A DNA stretch of 64,000 nt. Origin: Squalus acanthias (Eukaryota). Shown here piece by piece: positions 47,996-59,900 of this stretch. The stretch is taken from assembly GCA_030390025.1 (NCBI GenBank), contig CM059431.1, forward strand, positions 115,756,001-115,820,000. The letters run 5' to 3'. The notes beneath the pieces are model-generated. The model did no database searches and was not told where the DNA came from. It saw only the letters and a program-made list of their open reading frames with translations. The translations under genes and the position numbers were made by a program. The stretch's first letter is position 1. Every line of letters begins with the position of its first letter.

Positions 47996-50900
47996 GGATT
48001 GGTGCTCAGGGTCGGGAATGATGCTCAGTGTGGGGAATAATTCTCAGTGTGGGGAGTGGTGCTCAGGGTGGGGAATGATGCTCAGTGTGGGGAATAATTC
48101 TCAGTGTGGGGAGTGGTGCTCAGGGTGAGGAATGATGCTCAGGGTCAGGAATGATGCTCAGTGTGGCGAGTGGTGCTAAGTGTGGGGAGTGATGCTCAGG
48201 GTCAGGAGTGATGCTCAGGGTCAGGAGTGGTGCTCAGGGTCGGGAGTGGTGCTCAGTGTGGCGAGTGGTGCTCAGTGTGGGGAGTGATGCTCAGTGTGGG
48301 GAGTGGTGCTCAGGGTCGGGAGTGGTGCTCAGTGTGGCGAGTGGTGCTCAGTGTGGGGAGTGGTGCTCAGTGTGGGGAGTGGTGCTCAGTGTGGGGAATG
48401 GTGCTCAGTGTGGGGAGTGGTGCTCAGGATCGGGAGTGATGCTCAGTGTGGGGAGTGGTGCTCAGTGTGGGGAGTGGTGCTCAGTGTGGGGAGTGGTGCT
48501 CAGGGTCAGGAGTGATGCTCAGTGTGGGGAGTGGTGCTCAGTGTGGGGAGTGGTGCTCAGTGTGGGGAGTGGTGCTCAGTGTGGGGAGTGGTGCTCAGTG
48601 TGGGGAGTGGTGCTCAGTGTGGGGAGTGATGCTCAGTGTGGGGATTGATGCTCAGTGTGGGGAGTGGTGCTCAGTGTGGGGAGTGGTGCTCAGTGTGGGG
48701 AGTGGTGCTCAGTGTGGGGAGTGGTGCTCAGGGTGGGGAGTGGTGCTCAAGGTGGGGAGTGGTGCTCAGTGTGGGGAGTGGTGCTCAGGGTGGGGAGTGG
48801 TGCTCAGTGTGGGGAGTGATGCTCAGTGTGGGGAGTGGTGCTCAGTGTGGGGAGTGATGCTCAGTGTGGGGAGTGATGCTCAGTGTGGGGAGTGGTGCTC
48901 AGTGTGGGGAGTGATGCTCAGTGTGGGGAGTGATGCTCAGTGTGGGGAGTGGTGCTCAGTGTGGGGAGTGGTGCTCAGTGTGGGGAGTGATGCTCAGTGT
49001 GGGGAGTGATGCTCAGTGTGGGGAGTGATGCTCAGGGTCAGGAGTGATGCTCAGTGTGGGGAGTGATGCTCCGTGTGGGGAGTGATGCTCAGTGTGGGGA
49101 GTGGTGCCCAGGGTGGGGAGTGATGCTCAGGGTGGGGAGTGGTGTTCAGTGTGGGGAGTGATGCTCAGTGTGGGGAGTGGTGCTCCGTGTGGGGAGTGAT
49201 GCTCAGTGTGGGGAGTGGTGCCCAGGGTGGGGAGTGATGCTCAGGGTGGGGAGTGGTGTTCAGTGTGGGGAGTGATGCTCAGTGTGGGGAGTGATGCTCA
49301 GTGAGGGGAGTGGTGCTCAGGGTCAGGAGTGATGCTCAGTGTGGGGAGTGATGCTCCGTGTGGGGAGTGATGCTCAGTGTGGGGAGTGGTGCCCAGGGTG
49401 GGGAGTGATGCTCAGGGTGGGGAGTGGTGTTCAGTGTGGGGAGTGATGCTCAGTGTGGGGAGTGGTGCTCAGGGTCAGGAGTGGTGCTCAGTGTGGGGAG
49501 TGATGCTCAGTGTGGGGAATGGTGCCCAGGGTGGGGAGTGATGCTCAGTGTGGGGAGTGGTGCTCAGGGTCAGGAGTGGTGCTCAGGGTCAGGAGTGGTG
49601 CTCAGTGTGGGGAGTGGTGCTCAGGGTCAGGAGTGGTGCTCAGTGTGGGGAGTGATGATCAGTGTGGGGAGTGGTGCTCAGTGTGGGGAGTGGTGCTCAG
49701 GGTCAGGAGTGGTGCTCAGGGTCAGGAGTGGTGCTCAGTGTGGGGAGTGGTGCTCAGGGTCAAGAGTGGTGCTCAGTGTGGGGAGTGGTGCTCAGGGTCA
49801 AGAGTGGTGCTCAGTGTGGGGAGTGATGCTCAGTGTGGGGAGTGGTGCTCAGTGTGGGGAGTGGTGCTCAGTGTGGGGAGTGATGCTCAGTGTGGGGAGT
49901 GGGGCTCAGTGTGGGGAGTGGTGCTCAGTGTGGGGAGTGGTGCTCAGTGTGGGGAGTGATGCTCAGTGTGGGGAGTGGTGCTCAGTGTGGGGAGTGATGC
50001 TCAGGGTCAGGAGTGATGATCAGTGTGGGGAGTGGTGCTCAGTGTGGGGAGTGACGCTCAGTGTGGGGAGTGGTGCTCAGTGTGGGGAGTGATGCTCAGT
50101 GTGGGGAGCAATGCTCAGTGTGGGGAGTGGTGCTCAGTGTGGGGAGTGATGCTCAGTGTGGGGAATGGTGCTCAGTGTGGGGAGTGGTGCTCAGGGTGGG
50201 GAGTGATGCTCAGGGTCAGGAGTGATGCTCAGTGTGGGGAGTGATGCTCAGTGTGGGGAGTGGTGCTCAGGGTGGGGAGTGATGCTCAGTGTGGGGAGTG
50301 ATGCTCAGGGTCAGGAGTGATGCTCAGGGTGGGGAGTGGTGCACAGGGTCAGGAGTGATGCTCAGTGTGGGGAGTGATGCTCAGGGTCAGGAGTGATGCT
50401 CAGTGTGGGGAGTGGTGCTCAGTGTGGGGAGTGGTGCTCAGGGTCAGGAGTGATGCTCAGGGTCAGGAGTGATGCTCAGTGTGGGGAGTGGTGCTCAGTG
50501 TGGGGAGTGGTGCTCAGTGTGGGGAGTGGTGCTCAGGGTCAGGAGTGATGCTCAGGGTCAGGAGTGGTGCTCAGGGTCAGGAGTGATGCTCAGGGTCAGG
50601 AGTGATGCTCAGTGTGGGGAGTGGTGCTCAGTGTGGGGAGTGATGCTCAGGGTCAGGAGTGGTGCTCAGGGTCAGGAGTGATGCTCAGGGTCAGGAGTGA
50701 TGCTCAGTGTGGGGAGTGGTACTCAGTGTGGGGAGTGGTGTTCAGTGTGGGGAGTGATGCTCAGTGTGGGGAGTGGTGCTCAGTGTGGGGAGTGGTGCTC
50801 AGTGTGGGGAGTGGTGCTCAGGGTCAGGAGTGGTGCTCAGGGTCAGGAGTGGTGCTCAGTGTGGGGAGTGATGCTCAGTGTGGGGAGTGGTGCTCAGTGT

Positions 50901-53900
50901 GGGGAGTGATGCTCAGTGTGGGGAGTGGTGCTCAGTGTGGGGAGTGGTGCTCAGTGTGGGGAGTGGTGCTCAGTGTGGGGAATGGTGCTCAGGATCGGGA
51001 GTGGTGCTCAGTGTGGGGAGTGGTGCTCAGTGTGGGGAGTGGTGCTCAGTGTGGGGAGTGGTGCTCAGGGTCAGGAGTGATGCTCAGTGTGGGGAGTGAT
51101 GCTCAGGATCGGGAGTGATGCTCAGTGTGGGGAGTGGTGCTCAGTGTGGGGAGTGGTGCTCAGGGTCAGGAGTGATGCTCAGTGTGGGGAGTGGTGCTCA
51201 GTGTGGGGAGTGGTGCTCAGGGTGGGGAGTGGTGCTCAGGATCGGGATTGATGCTCAGTGTGGGGAGTGATGCTCAGTGTGGGGAATGGTGCTCAGTGTG
51301 GGGAGTGATGCTCAGTGTGGGGAGTGGTGCTCAGTGTGGGGAATGGTGCTCAGTGTGGGGAGTGGTGCTCAGTGTGGGGAATGGTGCTCAGTGTGGGGAA
51401 TGGTGCTCAGTGTCAGGAGTGATGCTCAGTGTGGGGAGTGGTGCTCAGTGTGGGGAATGGTGCTCAGTGTGGGGAGTGATGCTCAGTGTGGGGAGTGGTG
51501 CTCAGTGTGGGGAATGGTGCTCAGTGTGGGGAGTGGTGCTCAGGGTCGGGAGTGGTGCTCAGTGTGGGGAGTGGTGCTCAGTGTGGGGAGTGGTGCTCAG
51601 TGTGGGGAGTGATGCTCAGTGTGGGGAGTTGTGCTCAGTGTGGGGAGTGGTGCTCAGTGTGGGGAGTGGTGCTCAGTGTGGGGAGTGATGCTCAGTGTGG
51701 GGAATGGTGCTCAGTGTCAGGAGTGATGATCAGGGTGGGGAGTGATGCTCAGTGTGGGGAGTGGTGCTCAGTGTGGGGAGTGGTGCTCAGGGTCGGGAGT
51801 GGTGCTCAGTGTGGGGAGTGGTGCTCAGTGTGGGGAGTGGTGCTCAGTGTGGGGAGTGATGCTCAGTGTGGGGAGTGGTGCTCAGTGTGGGGAGTGATGC
51901 TCAGTGTGAGGAGTGGTGCTCAGTGTGGGGAGTGGTGCTTAGTGTGGGGAGTGGTGCTCAGTGTGGGGAGTGATGCTCAGTGTGGGGAGTGATGCTCAGT
52001 GTGGGGAGTGGTGCTCAGTGTGGGGAGTGATGCTCAGTGTGGGGAGTGGTGCTCAGTGTGGGGAATGGTGCTCAGTGTGGGGAGTGATGATCAGTGTGGG
52101 GAGTGATGCTCAGTGTGGGGAGTGGTGCTCAGGGTCAGGAGTGATGCTCAGTGTGGGGAGTGGTGCTCAGGGTGGGGAGTGATGCTCAGTGTGGGGAGTG
52201 GTGCCCAGGGTGGGGAGTGATGCTCAGTGTGGGGAGTGGTGCTCAGGGTCAGGAGTGGTACTCAGTGTGGGGAGTGATGCTCAGTGTGGGGAATGGTGCC
52301 CAGGGTGGGGAGTGATGCTCAGTGTGGGGAGTGGTGCTCAGGGTCAGGAGTGGTGCTCAGGGTCAGGAGTGGTGCTCAGTGTGGGGAGTGGTGCTCAGGG
52401 TCAGGAGTGGTGCTCAGTGTGGGGAGTGGTGCTCAGTGTGGGGAGTGATGCTCAGTGTGGGGAGTGGTGCTCAGTGTGGGGAGTGGTGCTCAGTGTGGGG
52501 AGTGATGCTCAGTGTGGGGAGTGGTGCTCAGTGTGGGGAGTGGTGCTCAGTGTGGGGAGTGATGCTCAGTGTGGGGAGTGGTGCTCAGTGTGGGGAGTGG
52601 TGCTCAGTGTGGGGAGTGATGCTCAGGGTCAGGAGTGATGCTCAGTGTGGGGAGTGGTGCTCAGTGTGGGGAGTGATGCTCAGTGTGGGGAGTGGTGCTC
52701 AGTGTGGGGAGTGGTGCTCAGGGTGGGGAGTGATGCTCAGGGTCAGGAGTGATGCTCAGTGTGGGGAGTGATGCTCAGTGTGGGGAGTGGTGCTCAGGGT
52801 GGGGAGTGATGCTCAGTGTGGGGAGTGATGCTCAGGGTCAGGAGTGATGCTCAGGGTGGGGAGTGGTGCTCAGGGTCAGGAGTGATGCTCAGTGTGGGGA
52901 GTGATGCTCAGGGTCAGGAGTGATGCTCAGTGTGGGGAGTGGTGCTCAGTTTGGGGAGTGGTGCTCAGGGTCAGGAGTGATGCTCAGGGTCAGGAGTGAT
53001 GCTCAGTGTGGGGAGTGGTGCTCAGTGTGGGGAGTGGTGCTCAGTGTGGGGAGTGGTGCTCAGTGTGGGGAATGGTGCTCAGTGTGGGGAGTGGTGCTCA
53101 GTGTGGGGAATGGTGCTCAGTGTGGGGAATGGTGCTCAGTGTCAGGAGTGATGCTCAGTGTGGGGAGTGGTGCTCAGTGTGGGGAATGGTGCTCAGTGTG
53201 GGGAGTGATGCTCAGTGTGGGGAGTGGTGCTCAGTGTGGGGAATGGTGCTCAGTGTGGGGAGTGGTGCTCAGGGTCAGGAGTGGTGCTCAGTGTGGGGAG
53301 TAGTGCTCAGTGTGGGGAGTGGTGATCAGTGTGGGGAGTGGTGCTCAGTGTGGGGAGTGGTGCTCAGTGTGGGGAATGGTGCTCAGTGTCAGGAGTGATG
53401 ATCAGGGTGGGGAGTGATGCTCAGTGTGGGGAGTGGTGCTCAGTGTGGGGAGTGGTGCTCAGGGTCGGGAGTGGTGCTCAGTGTGGGGAGTGGTGCTCAG
53501 TGTGGGGAGTGATGCTCAGTGTGGGGAGTGGTGCTCAGTGTGGGGAGTGATGCTCAGTGTGGGGAGTGGTGCTCAGTGTGGGGAGTGGTGCTCAGTGTGG
53601 GGAGTGGTGCTCAGTGTGGGGAGTGATGCTCAGTGTGGGGAGTGATGCTCAGTGTGGGGAGTGGTGCTCAGTGTGGGGAGTGATGCTCAGTGTGGGGAGT
53701 GGTGCTCAGTGTGGGGAATGGTGCTCAGTGTGGGGAGTGATGATCAGTGTGGGGAGTGATGCTCAGTGTGGGGAGTGGTGCTCAGGGTCAGGAGTGATGC
53801 TCAGTGTGGGGAGTGGTGCTCAGTGTCAGGAGTGATGCTCAGTGTGGGGAGTGATGCTCAGTGTGGGGAGTGGTGCCCAGGGTGGGGAGTGATGCTCAGT

Positions 53901-56900
53901 GTGGGGAGTGGTGCTCAGGGTCAGGAGTGGTACTCAGTGTGGGGAGTGATGCTCAGTGTGGGGAATGGTGCCCAGGGTGGGGAGTGATGCTCAGTGTGGG
54001 GAGTGGTGCTCAGGGTCAGGAGTGGTGCTCAGGGTCAGGAGTGGTGCTCAGTGTGGGGAGTGGTGCTCAGGGTCAGGAGTGGTGCTCAGTGTGGGGAGTG
54101 GTGCTCAGTGTGGGGAGTGATGCTCAGTGTGGGGAGTGGTGCTCAGTGTGGGGAGTGGTGCTCAGTGTGGGGAGTGATGCTCAGTGTGGGGAGTGGTGCT
54201 CAGTGTGGGGAGTGGTGCTCAGTGTGGGGAGTGATGCTCAGTGTGGGGAGTGGTGCTCAGTGTGGGGAGTGGTGCTCAGTGTGGGGAGTGATGCTCAGGG
54301 TCAGGAGTAATGCTCAGTGTGGGGAGTGGTGCTCAGTGTGGGGAGTGATGCTCAGTGTGGGGAGTGGTGCTCAGTGTGGGGAGTGGTGCTCAGGGTCAGG
54401 AGTGATGCTCAGTGTGGGGAGTGATGCTCAGTGTGGGGAGTGGTGCTCAGGGTGGGGAGTGATGCTCAGTGTGGGGAGTGATGCTCAGGGTCAGGAGTGA
54501 TGCTCAGGGTGGGGAGTGGTGCTCAGGGTCAGGAGTGATGCTCAGTGTGGGGAGTGATGCTCAGGGTCAGGAGTGATGCTCAGTGTGGGGAGTGGTGCTC
54601 AGTTTGGGGAGTGGTGCTCAGGGTCAGGAGTGATGCTCAGGGTCAGGAGTGATGCTCAGTGTGGGGAGTGGTGCTCAGTGTGGGGAGTGGTGCTCAGTGT
54701 GGGGAGTGGTGCTCAGTGTGGGGAATGGTGCTCAGTGTGGGGAGTGGTGCTCAGTGTGGGGAATGGTGCTCAGTGTGGGGAATGGTGCTCAGTGTCAGGA
54801 GTGATGCTCAGTGTGGGGAGTGGTGCTCAGTGTGGGGAATGGTGCTCAGTGTGGGGAGTGATGCTCAGTGTGGGGAGTGGTGCTCAGTGTGGGGAATGGT
54901 GCTCAGTGTGGGGAGTGGTGCTCAGGGTCGGGAGTGGTGCTCAGTGTGGGGAGTGGTGCTCAGTGTGGGGAGTGGTGCTCAGTGTGGGGAGTGATGCTCA
55001 GTGTGGGGAGTAGTGCTCAGTGTGGGGAGTGGTGCTCAGTGTGGGGAGTGGTGCTCAGTGTGGGGAGTGATGCTCAGTGTGGGGAATGGTGCTCAGTGTC
55101 AGGAGTGATGATCAGGGTGGGGAGTGATGCTCAGTGTGGGGAGTGGTGCTCAGTGTGGGGAGTGGTGCTCAGGGTCGGGAGTGGTGCTCAGTGTGGGGAG
55201 TGGTGCTCAGTGTGGGGAGTGGTGCTCAGTGTGGGGAGTGATGCTCAGTGTGGGGAGTGGTGCTCAGTGTGGGGAGTGATGCTCAGTGTGGGGAGTGGTG
55301 CTCAGTGTGGGGAGTGGTGCTCAGTGTGGGGAGTGGTGCTCAGTGTGGGGAGTGATGCTCAGTGTGGGGAGTGATGCTCAGTGTGGGGAGTGGTGCTCAG
55401 TGTGGGGAGTGATGCTCAGTGTGGGGAGTGGTGCTCAGTGTGGGGAATGGTGCTCAGTGTGGGGAGTGATGATCAGTGTGGGGAGTGATGCTCAGTGTGG
55501 GGAGTGGTGCTCAGGGTCAGGAGTGATGCTCAGTGTGGGGAGTGGTGCTCAGGGTGGGGAGTGATGCTCAGTGTGGGGAGTGGTGCCCAGGGTGGGGTGT
55601 GATGCTCAGTGTGGGGAGTGGTGCTCAGGGTCAGGAGTGGTACTCAGTGTGGGGAGTGATGCTCAGTGTGGGGAATGGTGCCCAGGGTGGGGAGTGATGC
55701 TCAGTGTGGGGAGTGGTGCTCAGGGTCAGGAGTGGTGCTCAGGGTCAGGAGTGGTGCTCAGTGTGGGGAGTGGTGCTCAGGGTCAGGAGTGGTGCTCAGT
55801 GTGGGGAGTGGTGCTCAGTGTGGGGAGTGATGCTCAGTGTGGGGAGTGGTGCTCAGTGTGGGGAGTGGTGCTCAGTGTGGGGAGTGATGCTCAGTGTGGG
55901 GAGTGGTGCTCAGTGTGGGGAGTGGTGCTCAGTGTGGGGAGTGATGCTCAGTGTGGGGAGTGGTGCTCAGTGTGGGGAGTGGTGCTCAGTGTGGGGAGTG
56001 ATGCTCAGGGTCAGGAGTGATGCTCAGTGTGGGGAGTGGTGCTCAGTGTGGGGAGTGATGCTCAGTGTGGGGAGTGGTGCTCAGTGTGGGGAGTGGTGCT
56101 CAGGGTGGGGAGTGATGCTCAGGGTCAGGAGTGATGCTCAGTGTGGGGAGTGATGCTCAGTGTGGGGAGTGGTGCTCAGGGTGGGGAGTGATGCTCAGTG
56201 TGGGGAGTGATGCTCAGGGTCAGGAGTGATGCTCAGGGTGGGGAGTGGTGCTCAGTGTCAGGAGTGATGCTCAGTGTGGGGAGTGATGCTCAGGGTCAGG
56301 AGTGATGCTCAGTGTGGGGAGTGGTGCTCAGTTTGGGGAGTGGTGCTCAGGGTCAGGAGTGATGCTCAGGGTCAGGAGTGATGCTCAGTGTGGGGAGTGG
56401 TGCTCAGTGTGGGGAGTGGTGCTCAGTGTGGGGAGTGGTGCTCAGTGTGGGGAATGGTGCTCAGTGTGGGGAGTGGTGCTCAGTGTGGGGAATGGTGCTC
56501 AGTGTGGGGAATGGTGCTCAGTGTCAGGAGTGATGCTCAGTGTGGGGAGTGGTGCTCAGTGTGGGGAATGGTGCTCAGTGTGGGGAGTGATGCTCAGTGT
56601 GGGGAGTGGTGCTCAGTGTGGGGAATGGTGCTCAGTGTGGGGAATGGTGCTCAGTGTCAGGAGTGATGCTCAGTGTGGGGAGTGGTGCTCAGTGTGGGGA
56701 ATGGTGCTCAGTGTGGGGAGTGATGCTCAGTGTGGGGAGTGGTGCTCAGTGTGGGGAATGGTGCTCAGTGTGGGGAGTGGTGCTCAGGGTCAGGAGTGGT
56801 GCTCAGTGTGGGGAGTAGTGCTCAGTGTGGGGAGTGGTGATCAGTGTGGGGAGTGGTGCTCAGTGTGGGGAGTGGTGCTCAGTGTGGGGAATGGTGCTCA

Positions 56901-59900
56901 GTGTCAGGAGTGATGATCAGGGTGGGGAGTGATGCTCAGTGTGGGGAGTGGTGCTCAGTGTGGGGAGTGGTGCTCAGGGTCGGGAGTGGTGCTCAGTGTG
57001 GGGAGTGGTACTCAGTGTGGGGAGTGGTGTTCAGTGTGGGGAGTGATGCTCAGTGTGGGGAGTGGTGCTCAGTGTGGGGAGTGATGCTCAGTGTGGGGAG
57101 TGGTGCTCAGTGTGGGGAGTGGTGCTCAGTGTGGGGAGTGGTGCTCAGTGTGGGGAGTGGTGCTCAGGGTGGGGAGTGATGCTCAGGGTCAGGAGTGATG
57201 CTCAGTGTGGGGAGTGATGCTCAGTGTGGGGAGTGGTGCTCAGGGTGGGGAGTGATGCTCAGTGTGGGGAGTGATGCTCAGGGTCAGGAGTGATGCTCAG
57301 GGTGGGGAGTGGTGCTCAGTGTCAGGAGTGATGCTCAGTGTGGGGAGTGATGCTCAGGGTCAGGAGTGATGCTCAGTGTGGGGAGTGGTGCTCAGTTTGG
57401 GGAGTGGTGCTCAGGGTCAGGAGTGATGCTCAGTGTCAGGAGTGATGCTCAGTGTGGGGAGTGGTGCTCAGTGTGGGGAGTGGTGCTCAGTGTGGGGAGT
57501 GGTGCTCAGTGTGGGGAATGGTGCTCAGTGTGGGGAGTGGTGCTCAGTGTGGGGAATGGTGCTCAGTGTGGGGAATGGTGCTCAGTGTCAGGAGTGATGC
57601 TCAGTGTGGGGAGTGGTGCTCAGTGTGGGGAATGGTGCTCAGTGTGGGGAGTGATGCTCAGTGTGGGGAGTGGTGCTCAGTGTGGGGAATGGTGCTCAGT
57701 GTGGGGAATGGTGCTCAGTGTCAGGAGTGATGCTCAGTGTGGGGAGTGGTGCTCAGTGTGGGGAATGGTGCTCAGTGTGGGGAGTGATGCTCAGTGTGGG
57801 GAGTGGTGCTCAGTGTGGGGAATGGTGCTCAGTGTGGGGAGTGGTGCTCAGGGTCAGGAGTGGTGCTCAGTGTGGGGAGTAGTGCTCAGTGTGGGGAGTG
57901 GTGATCAGTGTGGGGAGTGGTGCTCAGTGTGGGGAGTGGTGCTCAGTGTGGGGAATGGTGCTCAGTGTCAGGAGTGATGATCAGGGTGGGGAGTGATGCT
58001 CAGTGTGGGGAGTGGTGCTCAGTGTGGGGAGTGGTGCTCAGGGTCGGGAGTGGTGCTCAGTGTGGGGAGTGGTACTCAGTGTGGGGAGTGGTGTTCAGTG
58101 TGGGGAGTGATGCTCAGTGTGGGGAGTGGTGCTCAGTGTGGGGAGTGATGCTCAGTGTGGGGAGTGGTGCTCAGTGTGGGGAGTGGTGCTCAGTGTGGGG
58201 AGTGGTGCTCAGTGTGGGGAGTGATGCTCAGTGTGGGGAGTGATGCTCAGTGTGGGGAGTGGTGCTCAGTGTGGGGAGTGATGCTCAGTGTGGGGAGTGG
58301 TGCTCAGTGTGGGGAATGGTACTCAGTGTGGGGAGTGATGATCAGTGTGGGGAGTGATGCTCAGTGTGGGGAGTGGTGCTCAGGGTCAGGAGTGATGCTC
58401 AGTGTGGGGAGTGGTGCTCAGTGTCAGGAGTGATGCTCAGTGTGGGGAGTGATGCTCAGTGTGGGGAGTGGTGCCCAGGGTGGGGAGTGATGCTCAGTGT
58501 GGGGAGTGGTGCTCAGGGTCAGGAGTGGTACTCAGTGTGGGGAGTGATGCTCAGTGTGGGGAGTGGTGCCCAGGGTGGGGAGTGATGCTCAGTGTGGGGA
58601 GTGGTGCTCAGGGTCAGGAGTGGTGCTCAGGGTCAGGAGTGGTGCTCAGTGTGGGGAGTGGTGCTCAGGGTCAGGAGTGGTGCTCAGTGTGGGGAGTGGT
58701 GCTCAGTGTGGGGAGTGATGCTCAGTGTGGGGAGTGGTGCTCAGTGTGGGGAGTGGTGCTCAGTGTGGGGAGTGATGCTCAGTGTGGGGAGTGGTGCTCA
58801 GTGTGGGGAGTGGTGCTCAGTGTGGGGAGTGATGCTCAGTGTGGGGAGTGGTGCTCAGTGTGGGGAGTGGTGCTCAGTGTGGGGAGTGATGCTCAGGGTC
58901 AGGAGTAATGCTCAGTGTGGGGAGTGGTGCTCAGTGTGGGGAGTGATGCTCAGTGTGGGGAGTGGTGGTCAGTGTGGGGAGTGGTGCTCAGGGTGGGGAG
59001 TGATGCTCAGGGTCAGGAGTGATGCTCAGTGTGGGGAGTGATGCTCAGTGTGGGGAGTGGTGCTCAGGGTGGGGAGTGATGCTCAGTGTGGGGAGTGATG
59101 CTCAGGGTCAGGAGTGATGCTCAGGGTGGGGAGTGGTGCTCAGGGTCAGGAGTGATGCTCAGTGTGGGGAGTGATGCTCAGGGTCAGGAGTGATGCTCAG
59201 TGTGGGGAGTGGTGCTCAGTTTGGGGAGTGGTGCTCAGGGTCAGGAGTGATGCTCAGGGTCAGGAGTGATGCTCAGTGTGGGGAGTGGTGCTCAGTGTGG
59301 GGAGTGGTGCTCAGTGTGGGGAGTGGTGCTCAGTGTGGGGAGTGATACTCAGTGTGGGGAATGGTGCTCAGTGTGGGGAATGGTGCTCAGGGTCAGGAGT
59401 GATGCTCAGTGTGGGGAGTGGTGCTCAGTGTGGGGAGTGGTGCTCAGGGTCAGGAGTGATGCTCAGGGTCAGGAGTGATGCTCAGTGCGGGGAGTGGTGC
59501 TCAGTGTGGGGAGTGGTGCTCAGGGTCAGGAGTGATGCTCAGGGTCAGGAGTGGTGCTCAGGGTCAGGAGTGATGCTCAGGGTCAGGAGTGATGCTCAGT
59601 GTGGGGAGTGGTGCTCAGTGTGGGGAGTGGTGCTCAGTGTGGGGAGTGATGCTCAGTGTGGGGAGTGGTGCTCAGTGTGGGGAGTGGTGCTCAGTGTGGG
59701 GAGTGGTGCTCCCGGTCAGGAGTGATGCTCAGGGTCAGGAGTGGTGCTCGGTGTGGGGAGTGATGCTCAGTGTGGGGAGTGGTGCTCAGTGTGGGGAGTG
59801 ATGCTCAGGATCGGGAGTGATGCTCAGTGTGGGGAGTGGTGCTCAGTGTGGGGAGTGGTGCTCAGTGTGGGGAGTGGTGCTCAGGATCGGGAGTGATGCT

